DNA of 64,000 nucleotides from Oopsacas minuta (GCA_024704765.1 JAKMXF010000122.1:761489-825488); one strand, 5' to 3'; counted from the first letter of the stretch, positions 50,286 to 63,454 are shown. Notes: a model not told the origin generated them from the letters alone. Program-made: numbers and translations.

Positions 50286-53200
50286 CAGAAGTGGCTGAAG
50301 GCGCAAAGGTCCTAGAATTAAAGTTAGATGATAGTCAGATAAAGGATGTATCTACTTCCCAACTACTCTTGAAGTATGTTATATTTCTTAGTAATATAAA
50401 TTTAAAATACATTATGAGGGATTACATATTCTCGATTGTATAATCTTGTTTATGATCTAATATCGGTCGAGAAACATAGTGTACAGTCAACTAGCATTAT
50501 ATCAAAGCTCAAGTGATAATTACTTCAACATAACGGAGTTCTATATAACTTATTATATTTATGTTACTTTGACGGTTTATGACAATATTTATACAATTTC
50601 ATACTTCGTATAATCAATTATTTCGCTATATCTGTGTGGATATAACGGGAGTTGACTGTAAGAACCTTTACCTGATATGAATACAATTTATTTATCTAGT
50701 CAGCTGATAGAACTAAAGTCACTCTTAAACAACCCATCTCCCACTTCAGAATCTCTTGTCAGAGCTGAAAAATTCGCTCAATCTTGTCTAGACTCCGCCC
50801 GCTTAGAAGAACCTCCGCTAGTCCTGACTTTAAAGATTTCCCTATACTCTCTATTATAAATACAATAGATACGTACAGAAGAGATGGGAAGGAATTTACC
50901 GCATTCTTACGCTTCCTCAATAATGTATTATCAATCTACATAAAGGATTCTGAATTTATTTTAGCTCCGTCTCTTACTGATAAACTAGTTCAACTTGCTA
51001 ACAGTTTGTATGCTGATAACACCAAGGATGAGACCACAATTACTCTATACTTACTGGTAAGCACTACAGTCATAGTGAATTGGTACACTTAATTTACCGA
51101 TTCCTACAAAAATTTCGACATTTTTTCCACTTTTTTTGTATCTTCAAATATTTTCATAAATTTTCCTGCAGTAAAGGGTTAATATTTGTGTGATACAAGT
51201 GTGAACAAACAACAACATACGAACATGCAACCTATCAGTAAAACTGACTATTACATTGATAAAGCTATCAATAAAGAACATTATAAATATTGTGAGGATA
51301 TATTTTTCAATATATTTCTCCACTTTAGAGCTGTGTATACTTCATAAGAGAGCCTAACACAAAATCACAATCACAAGAAGCTGTAGCTTCTACAACACTC
51401 ACAACCTGTACAGAACTATACTTCTCATACTCAGAGCATACTACACACAACCTATCTCTAATTCTCTCTGTTCTCAGTGAGTTTGTAATACATCTACCTA
51501 CTCTATTCACTAATCACGGAGGATTTGATTATTCACCGTTACTACTACCAATTCTTGAAGACAATACCAATCATAAGTCTGTTTGCTTAGCAACCATGAC
51601 GCTGCTTAAGAATGCATTCATATTTAACCCAAATATAAAGCAGGACACAAACTTTACTTCTCTACCAAACCACATTTCTACACTACTACAACTTTACCCG
51701 CGTGACCTAGAACTGATGAAAGAAGTGTTTGTATTATTAACTAATTTCATAACAGAGCAGAGGGGGCTTATTCCGCAATTAGCTGATACAAATCATCCTA
51801 TACTATCCTTCTGTATAACTACACTACAGGATGATACCTGTTTTATAGACATGCATTTTAGTGTTTGTCCTATATTGGGTTTGATCGTATTTTCATTGAA
51901 AATAGAGGACAAAACCTTAATAGCACGGTTACTATTGAAAAATCTGATTCGTGCAAGGAAAGAGAAGATCGAATTACCTGACAATGTATTCGCGGCTACT
52001 GCAGGAGTAACATTCAGTTATTCAGTTGATAAATTATCAAAAGACCCTAAAGATGATCTAGCCTCCCCTCCCTCTTCCCTAACATACTCAGAATTCCAAG
52101 ACCTCCTGGGTATAACAATGGCAAGCACTGATGGACAAGTAGTGCTACTGCAGTCAATAGGGATGTTAAGTAACTTAGCACAACGTAATCGTAACATGCG
52201 TTTCTCTACTGAGCTATTGAAAGGATTGAGAAATGCATTTATTGTTTTCCATAGAACCGGGGATAAAGACACTGTTCAGTTTATTCTGAGGCTAATATAC
52301 GGTATAGATAAATCTGATAGAAGTCAAGCAGAAGCTATGGTCGATTCTGAGATAGCTAGTGGGATTACTGAGGTAAGAGTTTATTATAGGGATGCTTATT
52401 TATTGATCGAATAGAACCCGCATAGAACTTTAAAAATAATTCTTCTAATCCAAAGTATTTTTGGTACATTTAAGTGTACCCATGTGATGGGATTATGAGA
52501 ATAGAATTACAGTCAATTCCCGTTATATCGAACACTGACATATCTAATACACCCTTATGTAGAAGTCTTGGATTGTACAAGTATAGTTCTGTATCGTCAA
52601 AAATAGCATTAATTTCATTGGTCGCGGTTGTATTGCATCCGTTTATATGGAAGTTATTATCACAGTCCCTTGACCTTTGATATAACGGAAGTTGACTGTA
52701 TTTAATCGCAAAAGACTTATACCTTATTTGTGTACATACGAAAGCAATTATCCTTTATGTACAGTCAGGGTTTTTTATTGTGAACAACAGTCCACTGTCC
52801 TGTCCATTCACTTGTGCTAAAAATGACTTTACTTGTATATTAATTACCGTGCAGTATATGATATGATGAGGTTAAGTTTTCAAAGGATAATTTAGAATAT
52901 ACATTAATGACAAGAAATTCTTAATAGAAACATATGTTGAAGATTTACATAAAAAGGCCAATAAAATAGGAGAAAAATTAACAAATGACTTAAACAAAAT
53001 ATCCAAAAATTTCATTAATCTTAAAGAAAATAATGCTAACCTTCAGAAGGAGAAAGATACTTTTGAGGAAATATTTAAAGAAAACGGTTTTAGCGGATTA
53101 GTTAAGGAAAAGTTTGATAGAGTAAATATCCAAATGGAAGAGATTGGAAGGGAAATAGATCATGAAATGAATTGTGATATAACATTAAAATGGGATCAGC

Positions 53201-56200
53201 GAATGATGGATCAATTGGATTGTATCTGTACAATTGATAAACCTATTTTCATAAGAAACAAATATCAATTTCTTCTCCAATTCCTAAACCAAGAGTATCC
53301 ATTTATAAGCGACTAACTAGATCAGAGGTTTCATCTTGTAATCACGGATCTGGTAATGGTATGTTAAACTCTCCTTCAGGAATAACAACAAACTCTTCAT
53401 TTCTATACATTTGTGATGCAAATAATGATAGAATTCAAATATCCGACTACACAGCCTCTTTCATATACAAAATACAACATCCTAAACTCTCTCATCCTAT
53501 TTCTATCTGTGTTGACGCTAATAACATATTTTTAACTCAATGTCAGCCTGATAGAGTAATTAAATTCTCTGTAACAGGTAGCTACACCAAACACTACAGT
53601 CATATAGATCATCCAACTGGAATATGTATTCATGCTGAGAAATTGTACGTATGCTCATATGGATACAAAAATATTATTGTCCTGTACTATGATTTGAATC
53701 CTGCATCAAACAATAGCATTCTATGCGAAGGAGAGCTTACAAGCCCTAGAGATGTTAAAGTGACTGACAATGAAGAATTAATTGTATTAGACTGGGGAGA
53801 ATCAACGTTCCTATTTTTACCATATATGGGCATTTATTGAGGAAATGGTCTGGAGACTCAATTCTAAATATTCGTTTTCCAGGATATTTTGACATTGATA
53901 ATCGTAATAATTTTATTCTATTAACAGATGCTAACAGGATATTTATATTTAATTACGAAGGCTGTTGTCTGCATACAATTGGAAATAGACAAACACTCGG
54001 TAGACTCACTGGGATTACTCTCGTGCAAAAAGATAGTAATATCACTATAATAGTCGTGAATCAATGTGATAGTAATCAACTACAAATATGGCATTAATTT
54101 CCCCTACATAGTTTCTGTACTTTTGGCTATATTCCCTATTGAGATATTTATATTTGTATATTGTGATATCTACCCGTTTGATAATTAATGAATATACTAA
54201 CTCATGTACATATTCAGTATCTTGAATATTTGTCTCTTCTGGTTCTCCGATTCTGTATTTGTATCGGAGTTATTATATCTATTTATATCGATATGCGTAT
54301 AATGTGAGAATTTTAACCATTATTCACAGCGTTTGAGCTCGGATGTCAAAAATTATCCATAATTATCCATAATTATCCATTCTTTTCTTAATTCTCTCTT
54401 TGATTGTATTAAGATTTATTAAAATCTTGTAGTGCCTTTCCCAAGAAGCAGACCTCCAGACAGTAATGATGTTTTTGGCGATTATTAACGGAATAATGAT
54501 CTGCTATCAACAACAATTCAAGGATATTAAACAATTAAATGATCCAACCTTCCACAATACATTTATAACTCTCTTCTTTAGACCTGTAAGCTTATACTAG
54601 ATTTGTAATATAGCTTGCATGTTATGTCATTATGTATGTGTGTATTATTACCATAGACAACTGACGAAACAAAGGAATCTCTTCATGAAGTTCTATCATT
54701 CTGTTTCATAAATTTATCATGTGATAAGTTATCTTCTATTTCAATGTATGAACATGGAGTAATCCCTAAAATGCTGGAATTCATTTCCACACCAGAGCAC
54801 TATACAAAGACCAGTCTCCGGGCAGCGATTAGCTCTCTGGCTAATATTGGAATAGATAGCACTAAGGCTAAGAAGGCCATGTTTGGTGAGTACATAGTAG
54901 AGACAATTATTATACAAGCAAAGGTAGCATGTATACGAAAATGCAGTCTATAAACATAAGCAATTGGTTTATTAATCATACATATGTTTGTACGTATTAG
55001 TATTGCAATATTTGCTTATCTCTTATGTAGCTACTTTATTCAGGTCAATTACATATATTCTGCATGTAACACTAAGATATTTACATATCTATAATGCAAA
55101 AGTATTTTCTATTCATGACTCTGGTTTGCGAATTTCGTATAAATAGAAGATAATTTGTAAATTATAAATACAAATTTCTTAAAGTTTTTAATCAATTAAA
55201 CTACACATCACTCTACTACTGTTTTATCTGCATGAGGCTATTATTCGAATTAGAATGGAGAGTTCTCTACTGTACTCTCACCACAGGTCTATCGTCTTTC
55301 GTGTTGGGATATTCGTTCGGTTTACCCTCCCCAATAGCTCTTGAGGTTAAGTCAAGTAATATATTAGATGATTATCAATTCGGTATTTTCTCTGGCATAT
55401 TCTATCTTGCAGCAGCAATCAGTGGTCTCATAGCTATACCCATGATGTATTGGCTTGGCAGGAAGTCAGTGATAGTAATAGCAGCAATTATATCAGCTGC
55501 TGGTTGGATTCTTCTCGGGAGTAGAGATTACCAGAATTACTGATCTATGCTAGAGTAGTTATTGGGTTAGGAAGTGGACTCTCTATTCCTATCGTACCTA
55601 TCTATATAGCTGAGCTAGCTAACAAGAACACACGAGGGAGACATCTCAGTATCATAGGATTTGACATAACGTTTGGAGTCCTAGTATCGTTCGTTTTGGA
55701 ATTAAACTCGACTACTTTTGGTTATCAATGATAGGAGCCCTTATATGCATCGTACAGACAATATTGTTACTGTTTGTCCCTTACTCACCTGATTATTTAG
55801 TTGACCTAGGTTTAGAGAAGAGAGTTCTCTCTACATTGAAGAAGTTACGTTGTAAGAATTATGACTCAATGAGTGGGGTGCTTGAGATAATGGAAGCTGT
55901 TAAGGATCAGGAAATGGATCTCAATTCTAAAATACAAACTTTATTTAAGCTGAATAACATCAAAGCACTTATAATAATAATGTTCACAGCCATTGCCTGT
56001 CAAATGTCTGGTATTAATCTCCTCTTTAGTTATGCCTCGGAACTTCTCACTAACGATCATATAGACGCTAATCTAATAGGAATAGTTTATCCACTGACTC
56101 TGATTTTCGGCAACGTTTTGAACACATTCTTAATAGACAAAATAGGTAGGAACATGCTGTTGTTAATATCATACATAGGTATAACGATATCACTTGTAGT

Positions 56201-57541
56201 TTTGTCAATATACTTGCTTATTATCGACGTGATTTGTCCTGTTGCCCTAGAGAACATACATTTGCAATATACTATTACTGGCGTATGTTTGAGTTCATAT
56301 CTTATAGCATGGCCTATTGTCTGCATTACGTTTTTCAGCCTCGTTTTGGTTTAGAAGTCGGTAGTGTATGTTATATAATGCTTGGAGAACTCATACCGCT
56401 AAATATTAGACATTTAGTTTCGGGTATAGGAATATTCATGCTATTCATGACATCTTTCGTATTAGTAACGTTATACCCTATCGTTAGTAACAGTATCCCT
56501 AGATGTTATTTCCTATTCGGAGTGAGTATACTGTTTATGATAGTGTGCGTGATTACTTTTGTGTTTACTCCTGAGACAAAAGGAAAATCTGTTGCAGAGT
56601 TAGAGAATCTTTTCAATGGAAAAATCATCTTCATTATTGATAATGTGTAGTTTTACTATTTTGTATTGTAATTTTCTTAAATACACTTTTACTATGTAAA
56701 TATTGTACAGTTGATAATAGGAATATTAAAGGTACACTTTTTAAACGGTGTCATGTATTTTATAATAAATCTATTTTTGAGCAAGAAATTTGCTGTGAGT
56801 ATGGACGATGTATGACCCTATTTACGTCCATGCGATCCTTCCGAAACTAGCAGTTATTGACATGATAATTGGAATATATTACCATTTTTGTACATTAATG
56901 TTCGCCTAGACCCTTAATATATCTAGAGTTAATATTTAGACAAGTTTGTTGGTGAGAAATTATATTTATTCTTGGTTATAAATTGATTGAAAATATTGAA
57001 AATATCATTGATCACACTAAAGTGTGGAAATAAAGCATTTTTTTTACTCCAAAAACATATCTACACTGAGGGTTTCTCAGACATTTAATCCACAGATATT
57101 AGTATAAGGGTGTATAAATTTAGATAGATCCTGACCGTGTTTCTTCCTTTTAGAATCTGGGATGCACTTAAAGCTATCAGACATGATTAAAACAATTTCA
57201 ACAGATACGGACCCCGACTGGTCGTTATATTGTACAGCTCTTAGAGGTGTTCAAATACTCGCTTCAGGCGATTATGCAAAACAAGCTATGTTAAAAACTG
57301 ATCTAAAGAAAGATGTAGTGAGTATTCTACGTAGAGATCCCAGTGTTACTGAGGTTGTCTGGAGGAGTTTCACGTTTTTGGCTGGTCTGAGTTACGTGGC
57401 TGTTCCTGACAGAGAACAATTCTTTACAAAACAATTGTTTGAATTGATTTCTTCACAAATGAGAAAGATGAAACATGGAAAAATATTCGGTTGCGGTTGT
57501 TCCTTCTTTATCTCTATGTCTGAGCATGATTTGGGTGTAAG
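50286..57541 (+). CDS. ARM/HEAT-like helical-repeat region (exons 1-6 of the predicted ARM-ATE fusion gene; true 5' end not found)
   Basis: Exons are 50286-50373, 50700-51056 (one T missing at 50829-50831), 51329-52372, 54433-54585, 54657-54885 and 57154-57541. All introns are GT-AG with matching phases (2,0,0,0,1). ARM-like helices include LLQSIGMLSNLA, LRAAISSLANIG and ALRGVQILA..VVWRSFTFLAGL. Confidence 0.75.
52890..54097 (+). CDS. Coiled-coil + NHL-repeat protein nested in intron 52373-54432 (two 1-nt deletions)
   Basis: Frame 1 is open from about 52891. Adding one T at 53246-53249 and one at 53814-53818 yields HGSGNGMLNSPSGI..LYICDANNDRIQI..PISICVD..PTGICI..PRDVKV..PGYFDID. The start codon is uncertain. 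Confidence 0.75.
55232..56650 (+). CDS. MFS sugar porter (GLUT8/SLC2A8 / TRET1-like), intronless, 473 aa, nested in intron 54886-57153 (three 1-nt deletions)
   Basis: Motifs WLGRK, ARVVIGLGSG...PIYIAELANKNTRG, PYSPDYL, CQMSGINLLFSYA, DKIGRN, GELIPLNIR and FVFTPETKGKSVAELE. Adding one base at each of 55528-29 (T), 55698-99 (G) and 56344-47 (T) gives 1422 nt in frame. Confidence 0.88.
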
Positions 57542-58551
57542 GTAGGTGTCAATTAATCATATTCCTGGGTTTATTTTTTGAATGGCCAAAGAACATAACA
57601 AAGGAAAATTCATCGTTACTAACCATCTACCACTGTATATGCAGCTGGACCTGGCTTTAAAATTCAATTATTTATATGTGTGTAATTTGCAGGTTTAATT
57701 CATTGTTTGTGAACATATCTAGTTTATTGTCTTTCTACGACAAATGATCAAACTACTGTTAGTAACCTCAAAATACTTTTTTAAATAGTTTCCGTAATAT
57801 ACATATACATTTCCTCTGTTTATGATATCTTTACTCTTCTCCATATTTAAGTTTAAGATTATTCACTTTTTGAGGCTGGTACATGTTCTTTGTGTTGTTC
57901 TTTATACATAGCATTCTATGTATATTCCATTATAATAATAATAATATACACAATTGCTCTAACCAATTGACGTTATAATCATCATGTCTGCCAGCTGGCA
58001 AACGCTGCTAATATTGCCTAATTATGTCATTTGATAATTGTAGCGGTTCATTATGGTCCTCCCAAAATTGATTTGAGGGTGCCCCCAAAATGAACCACTA
58101 CAATAATTATGCATCATCATATATATACGTGTGTGATAATTTGTGCTACCCGAATGTATTATAAGTTTAATGTGTCTTGCATTGGATGCAAAAATTGATC
58201 CCCTATAAATATAGAATCGTTCTGGGTACCAATTTCTGCAAATTCACAATCAATGCAGAGTATATCGGTGTATTATACACCCCTTTAACATGCATAGTTT
58301 ATACATAACTTCAAAAGAATCATCCACTCTTCAGTCAAACAATAAATTTGCTTTCATAATCCGTTTTTCGTTTATAAGGATTTTCTAACTGGCAACCTAG
58401 ATTCTACATACAAATCTCCCAGCAACCCATCCTTTACGTTACTTAATAGGTTCCTGGAAAATTTGTATGCAGCAACCTAGGTTATTGAGTAGAACAACCC
58501 AATTATGCTCACATCCGTGGACATATTATAAAAGTGCTTATATTACTTTAG

Positions 58552-59999
58552 ATACACTGGAGACTTTGGATTGGATAAAGTTATATTTGAAGCTATGAAC
58601 AAACCTTCACTAACAGATGAAATGGGTGATTTGAAGAGAAGGTGCTTGGGTTGTTTAGACAAGTTTGTTTGTCACGTTATTCCCCGTCCATTACCTCAAC
58701 CAGTCACAAATCCTATTCTCCCTAACAACATCGATAATTTCATAGTGCATAGACATTTCGGTGTTACTCGTCACTTCTGTTCAAATTGTGAGCAAGATGC
58801 TCCTAGATCTGAGGTGGTTATGCGACCAGACGCAGTGACACTTAAGCAATATCAGCAGCTGGTTAACAACGGGTGGTACCGAAGGGGAGGCCGTAAGATG
58901 TTCCGGTTCAATTCACAACACAAAAAAGTTTGCTTTGATTGGGAGACGAGAGTACGAGTTAAGGAATTTGATATCAATAGTTCTAAAACATTTAAGAGAG
59001 TACTGAAGAAGGTGCCTAATGATGTTGTCATTGAGACTGTACCAGCAAGGTAATAAAAATTGAGTGTTATATAGGCAATTTTCCACACTTAGCCACCTGA
59101 TCACTGAATATGTATCAGCAATAAATTACGTCTCATGTTCAGAAAATTTTTATTTATTCTTGAATCCCTCAGATTAACACAGGAGGGAGTAGATCTCTAC
59201 AATAGATACCATCTCGATAAACATGACAAACCAGCTAAAACAGCTAATGCATACGCAGAGCATGCAGTACTATCTCCTCTCAAACCAGAAACACGTAATG
59301 GCATTAACTACGGTACTTTTTCATCAAGAATACAGACTAAATGGCAAACTAATCGCAATACGAGTTATTGACGTCATTCTTGAAGGAGTAGTTAGTGTAT
59401 ATTTCTTTTATGACATGTCTAAGGAAGTTACAAAGATGTCTTTAGGAGTTTATTCATCTCTTAAAGAGATTGAGTATATAATAAGTTTGAATAAGATTAA
59501 TCCCTTTTGTAAGTATTACTATTTACAAGGCTGGAATGGTCCAAATCATAAGTTAGCTTATAAGGCGAATTACAAACCTATTGAATTCTGTTCTCCTTGC
59601 CACAGTCCCTATTGGACAGAAAATATCAACATTCCATACATCCAAACTGGTTTCCAACCTCCGTTAGCTGAGGGTAGAATACCTCCCGAATTAACTAGCG
59701 TGCCTTCATCTCGCCCCGAACTTCTGCCTGATAGTGAGAATAACTATAAATCAATTGACATCGACCGAGCATACATGAGTGAAGTACATAAGATTATAAT
59801 AAAGGGTTCTAACATACGAGTATTTCTCAATGGAGAGATAATGAGATGTGAGGAATTGCTTGATAAATATAAGATATATTCAGAAACAAAACACTATATA
59901 TATGAGACTCTTGAAGAGTTAGCACTAGCACTAGGATACCCACTTTGTAATAAGTTGTTAGTTGCCTTCAGATTTTCAGAACAGATTACAGACACGTGA
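58552..59999 (+). CDS. ATE1: Arginyl-tRNA-protein transferase (ATE1-like, ATE_N + ATE_C); exons 7-8 of the predicted ARM-ATE fusion gene
   Basis: Exons 58552-59049 and 59173-59999 have phase-2 junctions, with one extra T at 59317-59321. ATE_N reads CSNC...YQQLVNNGWYRRGG; ATE_C reads YGTFHQEYRLNGKLIAIRVIDV..VSVYFFYD..SLGVYSSLKEI..YYYLQG..KLAYKANYKP. Orthology to canonical ATE1 is not established. Confidence 0.85.
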
Positions 60000-61295
60000 C
60001 AAGTGTATTTATCTGCATGTAATATAATATTCTATTTTTAGAAGGATTATATCTTGGATGTTGTACAATTATAGGTATTATAGTGTGTTCTTGTAAATCC
60101 TCTCAAATATTTGAATATTCCTGAAAACCTAAATGTATTGTTACGGTACTCTGATTCAGTGCTTCCAACCTATGGTCCACTGAGCATATTTGGGTGTAAT
60201 GTATTGCTGTCTATGGGAGGCCAGAGAGATACCTTATATGGCCCAAAAGGTTCTGGTTGGGAAAAATTTCCTGAATAGTTTAAATTTAACTAGGGGTGGC
60301 AGGTTCCTACCACTTTACCTGAACAATCTGCTCTACCGCTAGGCTTGAAATACAATAGTTATCGTTATAAGAGCACCGGTTATAACAACATACCAGATAT
60401 AAGAACCATCCTTCGGAAAACGATTCACATAACTTTTGTATAATTCATATCGGTTAAAAGAACCTATTTTGCTATTCACAAGGGCATTTTTTAAGCGACA
60501 ACCACTATACCACTTTTTTAACTATGTGCTGCTCATGTGTGTGGTAAAACGAAACAAATTTATCGGGATACCTTGGGAGCCTTGTGTAGTCGATTTTGTT
60601 CAGATTAGCCAAGTAAGTAGATTGATGTACGTGTAATACGTATAGCGTATAGCTTAATCTAAGTCAAAGTAATTTCAGTTTATCTTTTCGTCTATTTTCT
60701 GTTTTAAAGTTGTGTAATGTAAGCAGTTATTATTAAAACTTATAATTTGAACTTCAGAAGAACATACGTTTATGATATGTGTGGATTTTGTAATGTAGCA
60801 AGATTGCACTAGTTCCGTAGATTTCGTTTTTGACCACGTTCATGATATTTCTGTTATAATTACTTTATTTTTTTGCTCTTCCCTTATGCATATTAATACA
60901 TTAAAGCTGACTATTTTCGTTCAATCAGTATTTATTCACCTTACTAGCTGAGGATCTTGTTGTTAATTTCCAAAAAGGAAATTTCATGGATTGTTGAGTT
61001 GTTGGATAACGATCATAAATATTTCAACAGTTACCAATCCACAAGATTTAAAATGTGTGTGCTTTACAGCATGAATATCACTCGTTTTTATTTATAGTTT
61101 ATTCGTAACAACATAGTATGTTTATCAACATATGATATTACAAACAAGAACTCAATACAGTATATAATGGATATAGTGATATCGCTGGGGGCATAAATTT
61201 TACGGCCAAATTATCTCTATAACCATTATATCACTATATCCAATAAATTTTATATGGCGTATATATAGATGGGGAAAATACTAAGGGATGATAAT

Positions 61296-61370
61296 ATCAC
61301 TCTATCCAATATATCACTCTATCCATGATCACTCTATCCATGATCACTCTATCCATGATCACTATATCTA
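61296..61370. repeat. 15-bp tandem repeat (ATCACTCTATCCATG), about 4-5 copies
   Basis: Seen directly. Confidence 0.85.
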
Positions 61371-62689
61371 TTATATACTGTAATGTAATTTTGTAACTAT
61401 AATGCCGCTATTAGTTGTAAACTTGTTTCAGCTCCACCGCCTGCATCTGAATTTTTTGCTACACGCATATTGTCACTATGACATTTTGTCAATATCTCAC
61501 CATTTACTGATTCAACTGGTTCCAAATCCTCATACAATGGAACCTGCATAAGCCGGCACTCGTTGGATCATTAAAATTTTGTCGGATTATGCAGGTGAAT
61601 TTGTATTGTCGGAAGCTATTTCATTGTCGGGTTATAGAGGTATCGGTTTATGCAGGTTCCACTGTATTAACTTTATAATTATCGCTACGGCCATAACTGA
61701 TTGATGGATTTGGACCAGAGATACGTCAAGTCAGTGCTAAGGAATTCTATTAGTGCGATAAATCTTAAACGTTACATTTTGGCCTGAATACATGTATTAT
61801 TGATATTTGACATCATTCGCAGTCTACACCTCCAGACTATTTTCAGGCCAAAAGTACTTCATTTGATTGCATACTTTTACCCTCCCATTATCTCAATATA
61901 TTCTCTCTAGGCATAAAATTATTGAATTTTCAACTATACAAGTAGTAAAATGTGGATTGCACAATCTCTAACCAAAGAATTATCCATAAAATTAGAAAAA
62001 ATACAATTTAATATTTCCGGACTGGGGTCAAATTTTGTGCGCAGGGATGAGAAATAAGAACAAGTGTATGATTTTACATGGCCTTATATTTGTCACCACT
62101 CATCAATATTTAGAAAATTGGAGAACTTTATTCTTTATAGCATGTAATGCTGAAATCATTTGATAGGGCATTTTCAGTTTGAATACAATTACTGTCAGGA
62201 CAAGTTCGCCAGATTTTCCTCTATAGACGCTTGGTATGCCCCCCCATAGGTGTAGCGCCGGGGGGCTAGAGGGGTCCTGGCATCCTCAAAATTCTTAGGC
62301 CCGTCCAAAAATTATTGAATTTATTGATCATAACAAGGAATAGTAGGAAATTGGACAGATTTTGACAGGTTGTGCCCCCTAAAGTTCTGCCAGGTCCCCT
62401 CAAATTCCTACGCCAATGATGCCCCCTCACCTCTACCTCTACCTCTACCTTTTTTACCGTTTAGTAATACAAAAAGAATTGGGCTGTCACACTTCGCGTA
62501 TCACCCCCTCCCCTTGTAGCGTTATTCTGTTGAAATGTCATTATATCCTTTTACGTTTCTTGTTTGGATTAGGTATCTTATTTATATGCAGAAACCAATC
62601 TAATGGCCACAGCTGATCATATTCTAGAAGTCAATTTGATAAATTTTCTACCAAATAGTAATAAGTGAAATTGATCATACGAGCAAGAA

Positions 62690-63454
62690 ACAACCTCTAA
62701 TCAGTGCTGTAAGAAAGGAACTGATGATGAACAACTTTACAATCCATTTGGTGTTACAATGGATAACGATACGGTCATATTTATATAGCAGATCGATGCA
62801 ATCACTCTGTAAAAATTGTTTGACAGTACTGCCAAGTATTTGTTAAAACTGGAGATAGCAATGATGGAATGAACTTTCCGAAAGCTTTGGTTATTTATAG
62901 AAATAGAATTCTTATTCTCATGGTGACAACTGTATCCTGCAATATCAACTAAATGGAAGTTTATTCCTCAAATAGGTAAATATGGAGAAGATTGGTCTTA
63001 GGGGCTAGCTATCGATAAATCAAATTTGAAATGTTTACATTTGTGTTTACTGTAACTACCGCATTCAGATACTCACAGAAAACCTTCTTTACAAGTCTCA
63101 GTTTAGTGAAGATATTCTCAATAGACCAAGTGATATCAAACTCTATAAAGACAGCATTTTGATCCCTAGATCAATCGAATCTTGTCTTCACAATTTCAAC
63201 AAAGATCTAGTTGGACTAAATAGTATCATTTCTAGCGAAAAATAACAGCAAGTGATATTTCCATGTTTCTTCTCAATCGACAGATTTGATAATATTCTAA
63301 TCCGAGTTTATCGTTCAAATTCTATTCTAATTCTGAATTCTGAATTCAAATTTGTCTACAATTCTCTATTTCTACACCAATGGGAATTGCAATAGATTAG
63401 AAAGATAAAATTTTTGTAATTCAAGATAGTGAGAATTGTTTACATATTTGTTAA
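62690..63454 (+). pseudogene. Heavily decayed NHL-repeat gene
   Basis: Fragments KGTDDEQLYNPFGVTMD..HIYIADRCNHSVK, RIQILTENL.YKSQF..ILNRPSDIKL, FFSIDRFDNILI and PMGIAID are spread over several frames with many indels and in-frame stops. Confidence 0.8.
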
